A stretch of DNA of 64,000 bases from contig OZ242351.1 of the NCBI GenBank assembly GCA_965208675.1, forward strand, positions 4,064,001 to 4,128,000, in the 5' to 3' direction. The position numbers and the translations under genes are program-made. Below, in pieces: positions 51,468 to 61,761 of the stretch. The number at the start of each line of letters is the position of its first letter. Position 1 is the stretch's first letter. This DNA is from Candidatus Poribacteria bacterium. Its GTDB lineage: Bacteria > Poribacteria > WGA-4E > PCPOR2b. The notes beneath the pieces were generated by a model, which saw only the letters and a list, made by a program, of their open reading frames with translations, was not told the origin of the DNA and did no database searches.

Positions 51468-52178
51468 TTAATGGAGTCGAAACTCGACAGATGCGGCAAT
51501 GTTATCATAAACCGGCAACAATTCCTCATACCGGTCGCCCGGACACCAGAAACTAATCTGGTATATGTTAGATACGCTGTTGACATTTCTGAAGAATACC
51601 GTCCGTTTGATTCGACTGTCATCGGCAAGTCTCATCTCAAAATAGTGAGCAGGTCTGCCGTCTTTAGAGAAGTGGCTTCCCTGCTGAGTCACTTCGAAAC
51701 TGTCCGGGGGATTAATAATGGCATTAATTTCTAAAAAGATTTCAACGTACTCTCTCGGTGACCTAATCTCAATGGTATGCTGTTTTTCGATGAAAATGTA
51801 AATTAAAGGGATCTGTTTTTCAACTGCTTCTAAAATCGTACTCGCAAAATTCTGCTCTGGAGTTAGCTGCATGAGCAGAAGGGAGACGATTGGGTTAAAT
51901 TTTCCACGCTCACCAACCGCCGCGATCCAAGCCTCTTTCCAAATCTTGTCTATCTCCCGCCGTGCTGCATTGGATATTTCCAAGACAGTCCAATCATCAA
52001 CAGGGAGGTTAGACACTCTGAATACGTACCGTTGATGCTGATACGTATCTCCGTGAAGCCCGTAAACCACGGCGGGCGGTTCTGTTTTCAATGGCGAAGG
52101 CACATCTTCTTCGTCACCGCCGCACGCGGCAAAAAAGACAGTTGTTAGCAGACTCAACAGCTTCAGAAGCTTGAACAT
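51468..52178 (-). CDS. Putative lipoprotein
   Basis: MFKLLKLLSLLTTVFFAAC lipobox; start re-placed at 52178. Confidence 0.7.
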   Translation of the reverse strand: MFKLLKLLSLLTTVFFAACGGDEEDVPSPLKTEPPAVVYGLHGDTYQHQRYVFRVSNLPVDDWTVLEISNAARREIDKIWKEAWIAAVGERGKFNPIVSLLLMQLTPEQNFASTILEAVEKQIPLIYIFIEKQHTIEIRSPREYVEIFLEINAIINPPDSFEVTQQGSHFSKDGRPAHYFEMRLADDSRIKRTVFFRNVNSVSNIYQISFWCPGDRYEELLPVYDNIAASVEFRLH

Positions 52179-52368
52179 TTTCGATTCTCCCGCGTCGAGT
52201 AAAAAAGCTTCTGCGAACATGAGCATTCTAAGCCGATTTCAAATTTGGGTCAAGCAGAAAACTTGGTCTAGTAAAGACTTGTGTGCCCTATTTACAAAGA
52301 ATATCCAGCTATGCTATTATTGCACAATCAATAAACTGGCGTTGATATTCCAGCACATGGACGGGAAA

Positions 52369-53304
52369 ATGTTACATTTGAATAATTCATCGCAAAAAAA
52401 CAATGGTGAAAGTATCGCAACGACATCGCTTCAACCGATGGGGTTCACAGACATTCTAGACTCAACGTTCAGTCTGTATCGCAACCATTTCAGATTGTAT
52501 TTGGGAATCTGTGCTTTTCCTATTTTGTTGCGCATTGCCTTTTCTGCATTCTCGGATATGTGGACAGAGGTCTTCTGTGGTATCGTGCTATCTGTTTTAT
52601 GTTATGGGCTGCTTGTGTACGCCAGCGCTCAAGCGTATTTAGGCAAGGAAATCACACTCCTCGCCGCATTTATGCAGGTCGACCACCGGTTCTGGGCATA
52701 CATGGGTTGTGCGTTGCTCTGGTGTTTGTTTGTCGGAGGAACATGTGTAAATGGAATTGCCGTTTTAATATTGTGCGTGGCTGGGGCCACTGTTTCCGTC
52801 TATGGCCTGATATCGGCGATTTTCTGCCTCGGTTTCTCGACTCCCTATTTTGGAACGTTGTGGGGATTCTGTGCACAAGCTGTTTTAGTTGAGGGAAAAT
52901 CGGTGTGGAAAGCGCTGAGACGCAGCGGCGAATTGGTGAAGGGTGCGTGGCGGCGTGTCTTTGCTTGCGTATCAGCAATTGTTCTGCTCTATTTCATGAT
53001 TGAGTTGATACTCATAACTTCCTCAACGCTCATCTTTGGTACATGGGGGATTGTGGACGAAGGCGACCTTGTGGAGATGATTCTTGACGTACAAATAGTC
53101 CAGATAATTCGTATTGTGTTGGATCTTGGGCACAGAAGTTCTGAGATCTCCCCTTTGTTGTATGCCATCCACACGGCGATTAACATCCTTACACTACCAA
53201 TTCCGGCAATCGGTTTCACGCTGCTCTATTTTGATTTACGTATTCGTAAAGAGGGGTTCGATATTGAGATGAAAATTGCGAAGGACGAAGTGAAAGAATA
53301 TTGA
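52369..53304 (+). CDS. MoxR-locus integral membrane protein, paralog 1
   Basis: LQPMGFTDILD…LYRNHF, ALRRS.ELVKG.W.R, TLLYFDLRIRKEGFDIEM. Start re-placed by comparison with paralogs. Confidence 0.8.
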   Translation: MLHLNNSSQKNNGESIATTSLQPMGFTDILDSTFSLYRNHFRLYLGICAFPILLRIAFSAFSDMWTEVFCGIVLSVLCYGLLVYASAQAYLGKEITLLAAFMQVDHRFWAYMGCALLWCLFVGGTCVNGIAVLILCVAGATVSVYGLISAIFCLGFSTPYFGTLWGFCAQAVLVEGKSVWKALRRSGELVKGAWRRVFACVSAIVLLYFMIELILITSSTLIFGTWGIVDEGDLVEMILDVQIVQIIRIVLDLGHRSSEISPLLYAIHTAINILTLPIPAIGFTLLYFDLRIRKEGFDIEMKIAKDEVKEY

Positions 53305-53385
53305 AACCCCTGAATTGGCGCACATGCGCAAAATGCAACAGAATTACCACCTCACTACATCAACTATACAGGGTGGAGAGGCTAC

Positions 53386-54270
53386 ATGGCACAATCCAAC
53401 GCAGACAGCGGTGAATCCGCCACAACGACACCGCTTCAACCGATGAGGTTCACTGACCTCTTGGATGCAGCGTTCAGCCTCTATCGGAATCACTTCGGGC
53501 TGTTTTTGGGCATATCCGCTGTTTATTGCCTGCCGCATATTGTTTTTTCTGCTTTCCCAATTTGGATGGAACTGTTATGTGATATGTTTGTGGATATTAT
53601 TTGTTCCGGTGGGCTGGTATACGCTAGTGCTGAGGCATATTTAAGACGACGCATTTCTGTCCGCGCCGCATTCAGGCGAGTGAAAGACCGGATGTGGCCC
53701 TACCTTGGAAGCACATTCCTCTATTTGTTAGTCTTGTTCGCACTGTACGGTCTATTATACGTCGGATTCGAGTTGTTAGGAATTGATAAGTTACTGTTGA
53801 ATGATGAAATAGAATTCCTCATCGTTTTCCCTATTACTGTCTCTTTTATGGCACGGTGGGGTTTCTACGCACAGACTGTTTTGGTTGAGGAAACTTCGGC
53901 GAGGGACGCTCTGAGACGAAGCAGTGAATTGGTCAAAGGCGCATGGTGGCGTGTGTTTGGTATGATGTTTGGCATAATATTGCTCTCGAACGTCATAGAA
54001 CTGGTGCTTCAAATTTCTTCGGCATTGATCTTCGCGTTGTCGGGGATTGCTGGGGAGGTGGACCTTATGGAGATGCGGGAAGTTCTGTGGCACAATCACA
54101 CAGTCGAGGGCGTTTATCATGTGTGGCACGTCATGACCTCAGCCATCGAAACGCTTACAAAGCCAATTGCATATATTGGTTTCACGCTGCTCTACTTTGA
54201 CCGACGATTTCGTAAAGAAGGGTTCGATATTGAGATGATGGTACAGAACAAGGAGGTGGGACAGTTTTGA
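53386..54270 (+). CDS. MoxR-locus integral membrane protein, paralog 2
   Basis: Same three conserved blocks as its neighbours. Confidence 0.82.
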   Translation: MAQSNADSGESATTTPLQPMRFTDLLDAAFSLYRNHFGLFLGISAVYCLPHIVFSAFPIWMELLCDMFVDIICSGGLVYASAEAYLRRRISVRAAFRRVKDRMWPYLGSTFLYLLVLFALYGLLYVGFELLGIDKLLLNDEIEFLIVFPITVSFMARWGFYAQTVLVEETSARDALRRSSELVKGAWWRVFGMMFGIILLSNVIELVLQISSALIFALSGIAGEVDLMEMREVLWHNHTVEGVYHVWHVMTSAIETLTKPIAYIGFTLLYFDRRFRKEGFDIEMMVQNKEVGQF

Positions 54271-54280
54271 TTTTTTTGAA

Positions 54281-54310
54281 TTGACCTGAAGGCACACAAT
54301 GCGATAGAAT
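54281..54310 (+). promoter_or_regulatory. Putative sigma-70 promoter
   Basis: TTGACC-18 nt-TAGAAT; a degenerate copy (TTGGCG-18-CAGAAT) lies at 53315-53344. Confidence 0.5.
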
Positions 54311-54349
54311 TACCATCTCACAACCTTATCTTCTGCACGGAGGGGAAAA

Positions 54350-55234
54350 ATGTCACAATCCGGTACAGGTAACGGTGAAACCTCGCTAACGACATCGCTC
54401 CGACCGATGGGTTTTACGGATATTCTGGATACAATATTTAACCTCTATCGCCACCATTTCCGACTATTTGTATGCATCTACACCGTCTATTTCGTTTTCA
54501 ACTTCGGGTTTAACCTGATTATAGGTTTTTTACCGTTTATGTTGCGCGGTGCCGGCGGATTGAGCGTAATGATAGCCATATCGGTGATAGGGACATTGAC
54601 TATACTTGTAGCTACGCTTTTCACTGTTGGGGGACTTATCTTTGCCAGTGCTCAGAGCTATTTGAGCAGACACATCACAGCGAGCACTGCATTCAGGCAC
54701 GTCAAACGCCGTTTCTGGCCTTTTTTGAGAGGCAATTTACTCTGGTTGTTGGTAGTCGGTGCCTTGACGGTAACCATCATCGGTATCCCGTTCGCCCTCT
54801 ATTTTGGTACACGCTGGGTTTTTTGGAGTCTAGCCGTTCTGGTGGAAGAAAACTCGGCTGTCAAAGCGTTAAGGCGAAGTAGTGAATTGGTCAAAGGTTC
54901 GTGGTGGCGTGTGTTTGGAATTATATTAGGGATTCTCCTGCTCGTTCTCATAATTCAATCAATACTTCAGTTCTCACTATTATTCGTGTTCGGAGTAACA
55001 CAGTCGACGGGTGGTGACGGAGATTTGTTGACGACATTACAGCGTATGTTCCTTCCGGAACTGACGACTTGGGCGGGCTTGGTAAGTTATGCGGTTCAAA
55101 ACTTCATCAACCATCTCGTTGCGAGTTTGATGCTCCCCATCGGGGTGATTGGTTCCACGCTGCTTTACTTCGACCAACGTATCCGGAAAGAGGGGTTCGA
55201 TATCGAGATGCGCGTGACCGACACGGCGGCGTGA
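54350..55234 (+). CDS. MoxR-locus integral membrane protein, paralog 3
   Basis: Same three conserved blocks; GGAGG SD. Confidence 0.85.
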   Translation: MSQSGTGNGETSLTTSLRPMGFTDILDTIFNLYRHHFRLFVCIYTVYFVFNFGFNLIIGFLPFMLRGAGGLSVMIAISVIGTLTILVATLFTVGGLIFASAQSYLSRHITASTAFRHVKRRFWPFLRGNLLWLLVVGALTVTIIGIPFALYFGTRWVFWSLAVLVEENSAVKALRRSSELVKGSWWRVFGIILGILLLVLIIQSILQFSLLFVFGVTQSTGGDGDLLTTLQRMFLPELTTWAGLVSYAVQNFINHLVASLMLPIGVIGSTLLYFDQRIRKEGFDIEMRVTDTAA

Positions 55235-55345
55235 GTACAGGGGAAATAGCATAGTTCAATCCGATGACGTTCTAACGTATTGAGCGAGTTTCCAATCGGA
55301 TATTCATGGTGACGATTGCCTTGACTTAGAATTTTCGGGACAGTC

Positions 55346-56050
55346 ATGAAAAAAGGGATACTGATGTGCGCGATACTCCTTTTCTCTACCACTTCTTTAC
55401 TACCGGCTGTAGTGACAGAGAAGGAACGATTCAGGCGGGAAGTGGAGGCGAACCGTACCGAGATGGTAGTTTCTTTTGAGGAATACCACGAGATTTTATC
55501 TAAATTGGACTCGCCTAACAAGCGCAGAACGGATAAACGACCGGACAGCAGGGATGACGAACCAGATGACCGGAGTATTGGTTTGTTACGGCATTTTTTA
55601 CGTAATACTCCAGGGAACGCACTGCTCTGGCTGGGATTCCTTGTGTTGGCGGGTGTTGCCTTCTTTTTTGTGCGGCAAATCCGCAGGAATCTCATCACCG
55701 AGGCGCAAGATTCGGCGGATGAATTTTCGAAGAGTGCTGTTGTGACAGAGCGGGCGGCGCTTAGCCAATCTGAAACGGCTGCCGCATCGCAAGACTTTCG
55801 GGATGCGCTCCGTTATCTCTATTTATCAGCGATTTTGCACCTTCAAGAGCGGGGTATACTCACCTACGATAAGAGCCTGACGAATCTCGAGTATCTTCAC
55901 GCGCTGCAGATGCGCGTTGAATTGCAGGACGCGCTGCGGCCGGTGATTCAGGTTTTTGACGATGTCTGGTACGGATACAAACCGTGCAACGCGGATACTA
56001 TCGAAAATTACCGAGAACTATTGCAAAAGGTGTATCTAATGAGCGTCTGA
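55346..56050 (+). CDS. DUF4129-domain membrane protein
   Basis: DALRYLY…L.E.G…DKSLTNLEY…FDDVWYG. Confidence 0.82.
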   Translation: MKKGILMCAILLFSTTSLLPAVVTEKERFRREVEANRTEMVVSFEEYHEILSKLDSPNKRRTDKRPDSRDDEPDDRSIGLLRHFLRNTPGNALLWLGFLVLAGVAFFFVRQIRRNLITEAQDSADEFSKSAVVTERAALSQSETAAASQDFRDALRYLYLSAILHLQERGILTYDKSLTNLEYLHALQMRVELQDALRPVIQVFDDVWYGYKPCNADTIENYRELLQKVYLMSV

Positions 56051-56086
56051 GTCCTCTCGTACTCTTTATCCGGAGAGTTTCAACCG

Positions 56087-57214
56087 ATGAGATTTTCCAG
56101 AATTTGCCTCCTCAGCATTGCCCTGATTGCGTTTTCCTTCATTGGGGTTTCGTGTAGTCTACTCTATCAAGGCAGCACGCTCTACCGGGTCTTGCGAGCG
56201 TTAAAATTTCGCGTTTCAAGCATCGAATCAGAGCAGCCCACTCGGCTAGATAGGGTGGACGTACTATTTCTGTGGCGGCTGCGTGAGGCCTTAGATGGGG
56301 AAGAGATCGAGAAGATACGCAACTTTGTCGAAGGCGGCGGTACACTAATTGTCGCAGGGTACCATCATGCCCTCGATTCACTGTTACTCGATTACGGAAT
56401 AGAGATTCGCCCGGCATCAAAATCGTTGGAGACCTCAAAACGACTCACGAATTTCCCCATCTTTCCGATTCGACCGGTCAGCGAAATTCACTCCAGAACC
56501 ACCTATTCCATTCGACCAATAAAACGGGATGTAGCACCGCTCTATGGGCGGGGAGAAGACTATTCAGTTGTGACATTTCGTGTGGGGAACGGACGCGCCT
56601 TTTTCCTATCCTGCCCGCATATTTTCAGCTATTTCGGACTAAAAGATGGTGGGAGCGCAACATTCGTTTACAACCTGCTGACAACACTCCCCCGCCGTGC
56701 ACGTATTGCGTTGGCTGAATACCGATACTATCCATTCCGGCCAACACAATCCGCCGACCCACCGATTCACTTGCTGTTCAAAACACCGATCGGTTTGGGT
56801 GTTGTTTATGTCGGGCTAATCGTCTTCCTGTTTTTAGTTCTCCGGGGGAAGAGATTCGGGAAGCCTCTGACGGTTGAGGAGACACACAGGCGTTTCAGTT
56901 CAGAATATGTCTTTGCCATGACCGCCCTTTATCAAAAAAGCAACACCCGATCGGCGATTTTGAAGCAAATTCGCGACGCTTTTCGAACAGACCTCGCTGC
57001 GCGGTGGGATATTAACCCGAAGTTAGAGACCGTTAGCTTCGTGGAGGAGATTGCCATACGGAAGCCGATTAATACGGACGAACTTCGAGAGCTTCTGAAA
57101 AGACTTGAGCCGCATGAAGACATATCCGAGGCACATCTTCTCTCACTCGCAAAACGCGTTGAAGCCTTTTATGATAAGGAGAAAATTGATCGTACACGTC
57201 TGATGCAGCGTTGA
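56087..57214 (+). CDS. DUF4350-domain protein
   Basis: FVEGGGTLIV, G.GR.F, TM followed by RFGKP…EYV.AM..LY; follows DUF4129. Confidence 0.75.
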   Translation: MRFSRICLLSIALIAFSFIGVSCSLLYQGSTLYRVLRALKFRVSSIESEQPTRLDRVDVLFLWRLREALDGEEIEKIRNFVEGGGTLIVAGYHHALDSLLLDYGIEIRPASKSLETSKRLTNFPIFPIRPVSEIHSRTTYSIRPIKRDVAPLYGRGEDYSVVTFRVGNGRAFFLSCPHIFSYFGLKDGGSATFVYNLLTTLPRRARIALAEYRYYPFRPTQSADPPIHLLFKTPIGLGVVYVGLIVFLFLVLRGKRFGKPLTVEETHRRFSSEYVFAMTALYQKSNTRSAILKQIRDAFRTDLAARWDINPKLETVSFVEEIAIRKPINTDELRELLKRLEPHEDISEAHLLSLAKRVEAFYDKEKIDRTRLMQR

Positions 57215-57365
57215 ATGTATTTTGTCTATATGATTAGCAGTTAAGGCTGCTTAGCGATGGTCGGGTAATCTCTCGCTTGAGCGTAATTACATACGTTGTG
57301 CTTTTAGCCTTGGCATTATAGAATTCCATGAGCGTGTGCAAATATGAACGAAAGGATCACAACTC

Positions 57366-58196
57366 GTGGCAAATGAGATAAAATCTCTATTTCGATTGTC
57401 AGCCCCGACCAAGGCGGACATAGATTCCTTTCATAATGACGGCTACATTGTGTACCCCAACATCCTTTCTGACGATGCGAGAGAAAACCTAATATCGGAA
57501 ATTACGGGATACGAGCCTGTGCAGCATTACCTCAATGCGACGGCGCCAAATTTCGTAGAACCGAGCTCGTTTTTCATTCGCCCCTGGAACGAACGCAGCT
57601 TGTATAGCGGCCGGTTGATTGATGACCCCTTCATAACGTCGTTGTTACGATTCACAATCGGTGATGATTATCATTTTTGTCATTCTGCCCTAAATATCGC
57701 ACTACGCGGCACCGGCGCGATTCCGTATCATCAAGATCACCACCATTGGAGGCATGAAAACCCAATCAACCTTGATGAACGCGACAAATATTATGTGCAG
57801 ATTTTGTATTATCCCAATGGATTCATGCTCGGCGACCGAAATCTGAAGGTTATCCCTGGTAGTCACCGTGTTGCGCCGACTGAAACCGCGACACCGGAAC
57901 GGATGTTAGCGGGCGAGTTCGACGCCGAGGCCGGACGCCGGTTAGGCGAGAAACGGCTATCGCTACCGCCCGGAAGCATGGTCTATATTAACGCCCGGAT
58001 TTTTCATGCAGTTGAGGCGAAACCGTTAAATTCGCCTCAACCTTACCGAATCTTCAATATTGACATCTTCAAGGAAGCTGGGCCTCCACACCGTTATACC
58101 CAAGAGATTCCACCAGAATGGATGGTGCGCGCCGACGCGACTCGTAAGAAACTGTTTACCCGCCAGGCGTACACCGAGGGTTGCTGGGTTTCATGA
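57366..58196 (+). CDS. Phytanoyl-CoA dioxygenase (PhyH) family 2OG-Fe(II) enzyme
   Basis: FHNDGY, HQD, VIPGSH, PGS…FHA. Confidence 0.88.
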   Translation: MANEIKSLFRLSAPTKADIDSFHNDGYIVYPNILSDDARENLISEITGYEPVQHYLNATAPNFVEPSSFFIRPWNERSLYSGRLIDDPFITSLLRFTIGDDYHFCHSALNIALRGTGAIPYHQDHHHWRHENPINLDERDKYYVQILYYPNGFMLGDRNLKVIPGSHRVAPTETATPERMLAGEFDAEAGRRLGEKRLSLPPGSMVYINARIFHAVEAKPLNSPQPYRIFNIDIFKEAGPPHRYTQEIPPEWMVRADATRKKLFTRQAYTEGCWVS

Positions 58197-58297
58197 TGCG
58201 TTAATGGGTGGGCTCTGGGAATCTATCTTTCTGATGGCTGTATTAACTGCTCTAGTAGGATAGATTACGATTGTTAGCACAGAATGTTGAGAAGAGT

Positions 58298-59068
58298 ATG
58301 GCGACGACGAGTCCCAAGGCGTTTTTGATCGATTTGGATGGTACGCTCTATTTCAAGAATGAACCCTACCCTAAGGCAGTTCAAACCGTAAGGTATTTGC
58401 GTCAGGAAGGGTATCAGATTCGATTTCTTACCAACATCACCGCCAAGACCCCGAAAATGCTGCATGGGCAGATGTGCGCTATGGGGTTTGATGTCGATGA
58501 GCGTGAAATTTTTAATGCGAGCTACGCTTGCCTCCTTTATCTGCGGTCACAACCCCGCGCCCGTTGCTACTTTATGGTGGATGATGCCGTTAAAGCGTAT
58601 TTCAAAGAGATACCGACACACAGTGATTCTCCCGATTTTGTCGTCGTTGGCGACTATGGACACAGGTTTGATTTTAACTCTTTGAATCGTGCGTTTCGGT
58701 TGTTGATGGGCGGCGCCGAACTCATTGCGCTTCAAAAATCACCGTATTGGATTTCGCCGGAAGGGATGTTCTTGGACTGCGGCGCATTTGCGGCACTTCT
58801 CGAATATGCTTCAAATAAAACAGCGACACTGATGGGCAAGCCGAGTGAGCTATTTTTCAAAATCGCACTTGATGACCTACAACTTTCCCCAAGCGAAGTC
58901 GTTGTTGTAGGCGATGATATCGCCACCGATATCTTAGGAGCTGAAAGAATGGGACTGAGAAGCGTTTTAGTTAGGACTGGAAAGTTCCATCCCAATCAGG
59001 TAGAGAATCCAACCGCAAAACCGACGTGGGAAGTTGATAGTATATCAAGTCTACTCCTGATGTTTTGA
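58298..59068 (+). CDS. HAD-IIA hydrolase (LHPP-like)
   Basis: IDLDGTL, LTN, GKP, VGDD..TDI.GA…VRTGK. Confidence 0.9.
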   Translation: MATTSPKAFLIDLDGTLYFKNEPYPKAVQTVRYLRQEGYQIRFLTNITAKTPKMLHGQMCAMGFDVDEREIFNASYACLLYLRSQPRARCYFMVDDAVKAYFKEIPTHSDSPDFVVVGDYGHRFDFNSLNRAFRLLMGGAELIALQKSPYWISPEGMFLDCGAFAALLEYASNKTATLMGKPSELFFKIALDDLQLSPSEVVVVGDDIATDILGAERMGLRSVLVRTGKFHPNQVENPTAKPTWEVDSISSLLLMF

Positions 59069-59251
59069 AGGGGATATCCGTATCCAAATAGCGGTCGGGG
59101 AACAGGGAATCAAGGCTTTTTCCGCAGATTGGCGTTGCCGATGGCAACAGTTTGGATTATTGATTTCCCGTTTCGGGAATTTGGTCTAACGGCAGGGTGT
59201 GGATGAAATACGGTTGCCGCTGATTTAATCCGGTTTCAAAATAGGAGAGGT

Positions 59252-60205
59252 ATGTCCAATTTAATTCAGAACGTCTTTGAAAAGTTGAAACAGGAAGCCC
59301 AAAAAGTGATTGTTGGGCAAGAGGAGTTGTTTGAACTGGTGGTGCTCGGATTCCTATCCGGCGGGCACGTTATGCTGGAAGGCGTTCCCGGCACCGCAAA
59401 AACGCTCGTAGCGAAAACATTGGCGATGGTGGTGTCCGGCGAATTCAGCCGCGTCCAATTCACGCCCGACCTAATGCCGTCCGACATTGTCGGAACTAGC
59501 GTGTACGATTTAGCGACGCATCAATTTAACCTCAAGCGGGGACCGGTTTTCACTAACGTTTTGCTCGCCGATGAAATCAACCGCGCCCCGGCGAAGACGC
59601 AATCGGCGCTCCTAGAATGTATGGAGGAGCGGCAGGTTAGCATTGACGGCGTCCGCCACGAACTGGCCGCACCCTTTATAGTATTGGCGACACAGAATCC
59701 CGTGGAATACGAAGGCACCTATCCACTCCCCGAAGCCCAACTAGACCGGTTTTTATTCAAACTTCGCGTCGATTACCCGGGACGGGAGGTGGAGCAACAG
59801 GTTTTGATTAACTATCACAACGGCTTTAATGCTGCGCAACTCGCTGAAGCTGGCGTTGAAGGAGTCATCGACAAAGATCTACTCGGACAATGCCAAGCAG
59901 CCGTTCAGGCGGTAACGGTTGAAGAATCTATTTTCGATTATATTGTCGGCATAGCCGAAGCGTCGCGCAGTTCTAATGACCTCATTTTGGGCGGGAGTCC
60001 GCGGGCGTCCATCTCGCTGTTGTTGGGAAGCAAAACTTACGCGGCGATGCAGGGGCGAGATTACATCTTGCCGGATGATGTCAAGCGGTTAGCCCCGCAC
60101 GTCTATCGCCATCGAATTCTTTTGAAACCGGAAGCCGAAATTGAAGGGCTATCCGCAGACGATGTGATAGATAGATTACTCGCCGAATTGGAAATCCCAC
60201 GTTAG
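59252..60205 (+). CDS. MoxR family AAA+ ATPase
   Basis: [58 protein letters not shown]. Confidence 0.96.
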   Translation: MSNLIQNVFEKLKQEAQKVIVGQEELFELVVLGFLSGGHVMLEGVPGTAKTLVAKTLAMVVSGEFSRVQFTPDLMPSDIVGTSVYDLATHQFNLKRGPVFTNVLLADEINRAPAKTQSALLECMEERQVSIDGVRHELAAPFIVLATQNPVEYEGTYPLPEAQLDRFLFKLRVDYPGREVEQQVLINYHNGFNAAQLAEAGVEGVIDKDLLGQCQAAVQAVTVEESIFDYIVGIAEASRSSNDLILGGSPRASISLLLGSKTYAAMQGRDYILPDDVKRLAPHVYRHRILLKPEAEIEGLSADDVIDRLLAELEIPR

Positions 60206-60254
60206 TTGATATTCCTGGTTTAAGCCGTGGTTTAGGCAAGCGGGAGGTTACTCT

Positions 60255-61625
60255 GTGCGATTGAGCAACAAATTACTCGGCTTACTACTCGCGTCAGCGA
60301 TTCCCATTGTCCTTTACAATGTCTCTCCCAGCCTGTTGTTCGTTGATGCCGTTTATCTGGTGTTGCTATTGGTCGTCTGCGTCATCGATTACGTCAAAAC
60401 ACCGCTATTTGCAAGGGTTGAGGTGAGCCGCGAAATGAACTCCAAGTTTTCTTTGGGGGCGGAGAACGCGGTGACTCTGCGGGTTGTGAACCGTTCTCGT
60501 TACAGGTTGAGGTTGCGGCTGAAAGATGATTTTCCCCCGGCGTTTCAGTTTAATCGCGTCATCCACGAGGTTTTCATCGGTGCAGAAACCCAAGAGGTTC
60601 TAACTTACCAACTCACGCCACTGCGCCGAGGGGTTTTCCATTTTGCGGACATCCATGTACAGTGTTGGGGGATTCTTGGGCTGATTATCCGGCAGCGTCG
60701 GGTCGCGGCAGCCGCGGAAGTGAAGGTTTATCCCAATCTCCACGCCATCCGACAGTACGAGTTATTGGCAAGGCGCGGGATGCTCAGCCAACTTGGACTG
60801 AAAAATTCTAGACAGTTCGGCGAGGGAACAGAATTTGAGCGTCTGCGCGATTATGCTCCGGATGATGATACCCGCCGCGTTGACTGGAAGGCGACTTCGA
60901 GGCGCCAAAAACCGATTGTGAGGGAGTTTGAAACGGAACGGAGCCAGGACTTGGTGATTATGATGGACGCCGGTAGATTGATGGCCTCACCCATTTTAAC
61001 GGAACCAATCGAAGACCGCCAAGAGGACGCGTTCAGCCCAGAGTCAAGTCAGAAGCAGACGATGATTAAGCTCGATTATGCTATAAACACTACCCTTATG
61101 ACAACGTACGTCTCAACACTTAAAGGAGACAAAGTTGGTTTAATCGCTTTTTCAGACAGCGTTCACCGGTACCTAGACCCGAAGCCAGGAAAAAAGCAGT
61201 TCCTCGCAATGCTAGAAGCTACCTACGCCCTACAAGTTAATCCGGTCGAACCTGATTTTGAGACTGCATTCAAATTCCTAGCATCAAAACAGCGTAAACG
61301 GGCTTTAGTTATCCTTTTTACGGACATCCTAGATAAGTACGCGGCCGAAGGGTTTGTCCGTTATTCAGCGAAGCTAGCCAGACATCACCTTATCGCATGT
61401 GTAACTTTGACCGACTCCAGCATTTTTGCTCTCGCCGCGCAGAAATTGACAAATTCCAAAATCGTCTACCAAAGGGCGATTGCCGAGAAGTTATTGCAGG
61501 AGAAACATGCAACCTTGCAAATCCTTCGCAGGGGTGGTATTATCGCGGTTGATGTTCCCGCACATCAATTGACGATGACGGTGGTGAATAAATACCTGGA
61601 ACTCAAGGCGAAGTCTAAGATTTAG
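60255..61625 (+). CDS. DUF58 (VWA-like) membrane protein
   Basis: EFERLRDY.PDDD.RRVDWKAT.R, EFETERSQ, DAGRLM; follows MoxR. Confidence 0.9.
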   Translation: MRLSNKLLGLLLASAIPIVLYNVSPSLLFVDAVYLVLLLVVCVIDYVKTPLFARVEVSREMNSKFSLGAENAVTLRVVNRSRYRLRLRLKDDFPPAFQFNRVIHEVFIGAETQEVLTYQLTPLRRGVFHFADIHVQCWGILGLIIRQRRVAAAAEVKVYPNLHAIRQYELLARRGMLSQLGLKNSRQFGEGTEFERLRDYAPDDDTRRVDWKATSRRQKPIVREFETERSQDLVIMMDAGRLMASPILTEPIEDRQEDAFSPESSQKQTMIKLDYAINTTLMTTYVSTLKGDKVGLIAFSDSVHRYLDPKPGKKQFLAMLEATYALQVNPVEPDFETAFKFLASKQRKRALVILFTDILDKYAAEGFVRYSAKLARHHLIACVTLTDSSIFALAAQKLTNSKIVYQRAIAEKLLQEKHATLQILRRGGIIAVDVPAHQLTMTVVNKYLELKAKSKI

Positions 61626-61761
61626 TTCGCGTCAGCGGGTGTATCTGCCATAAAGACTTTAGCAAATAATGGTGGGGCACATTGGTATTCGGCGGATATT
61701 GATATGTGAACTACCTATGCTGGCATGGATTTAACAGCTATTCCCAAATAAGGAGATGTAA

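Noticed and set aside
61626-61761. His attenuator or leader peptide upstream of the HisG-HisE gene
   Set aside because: No His-codon run and no convincing terminator/antiterminator.
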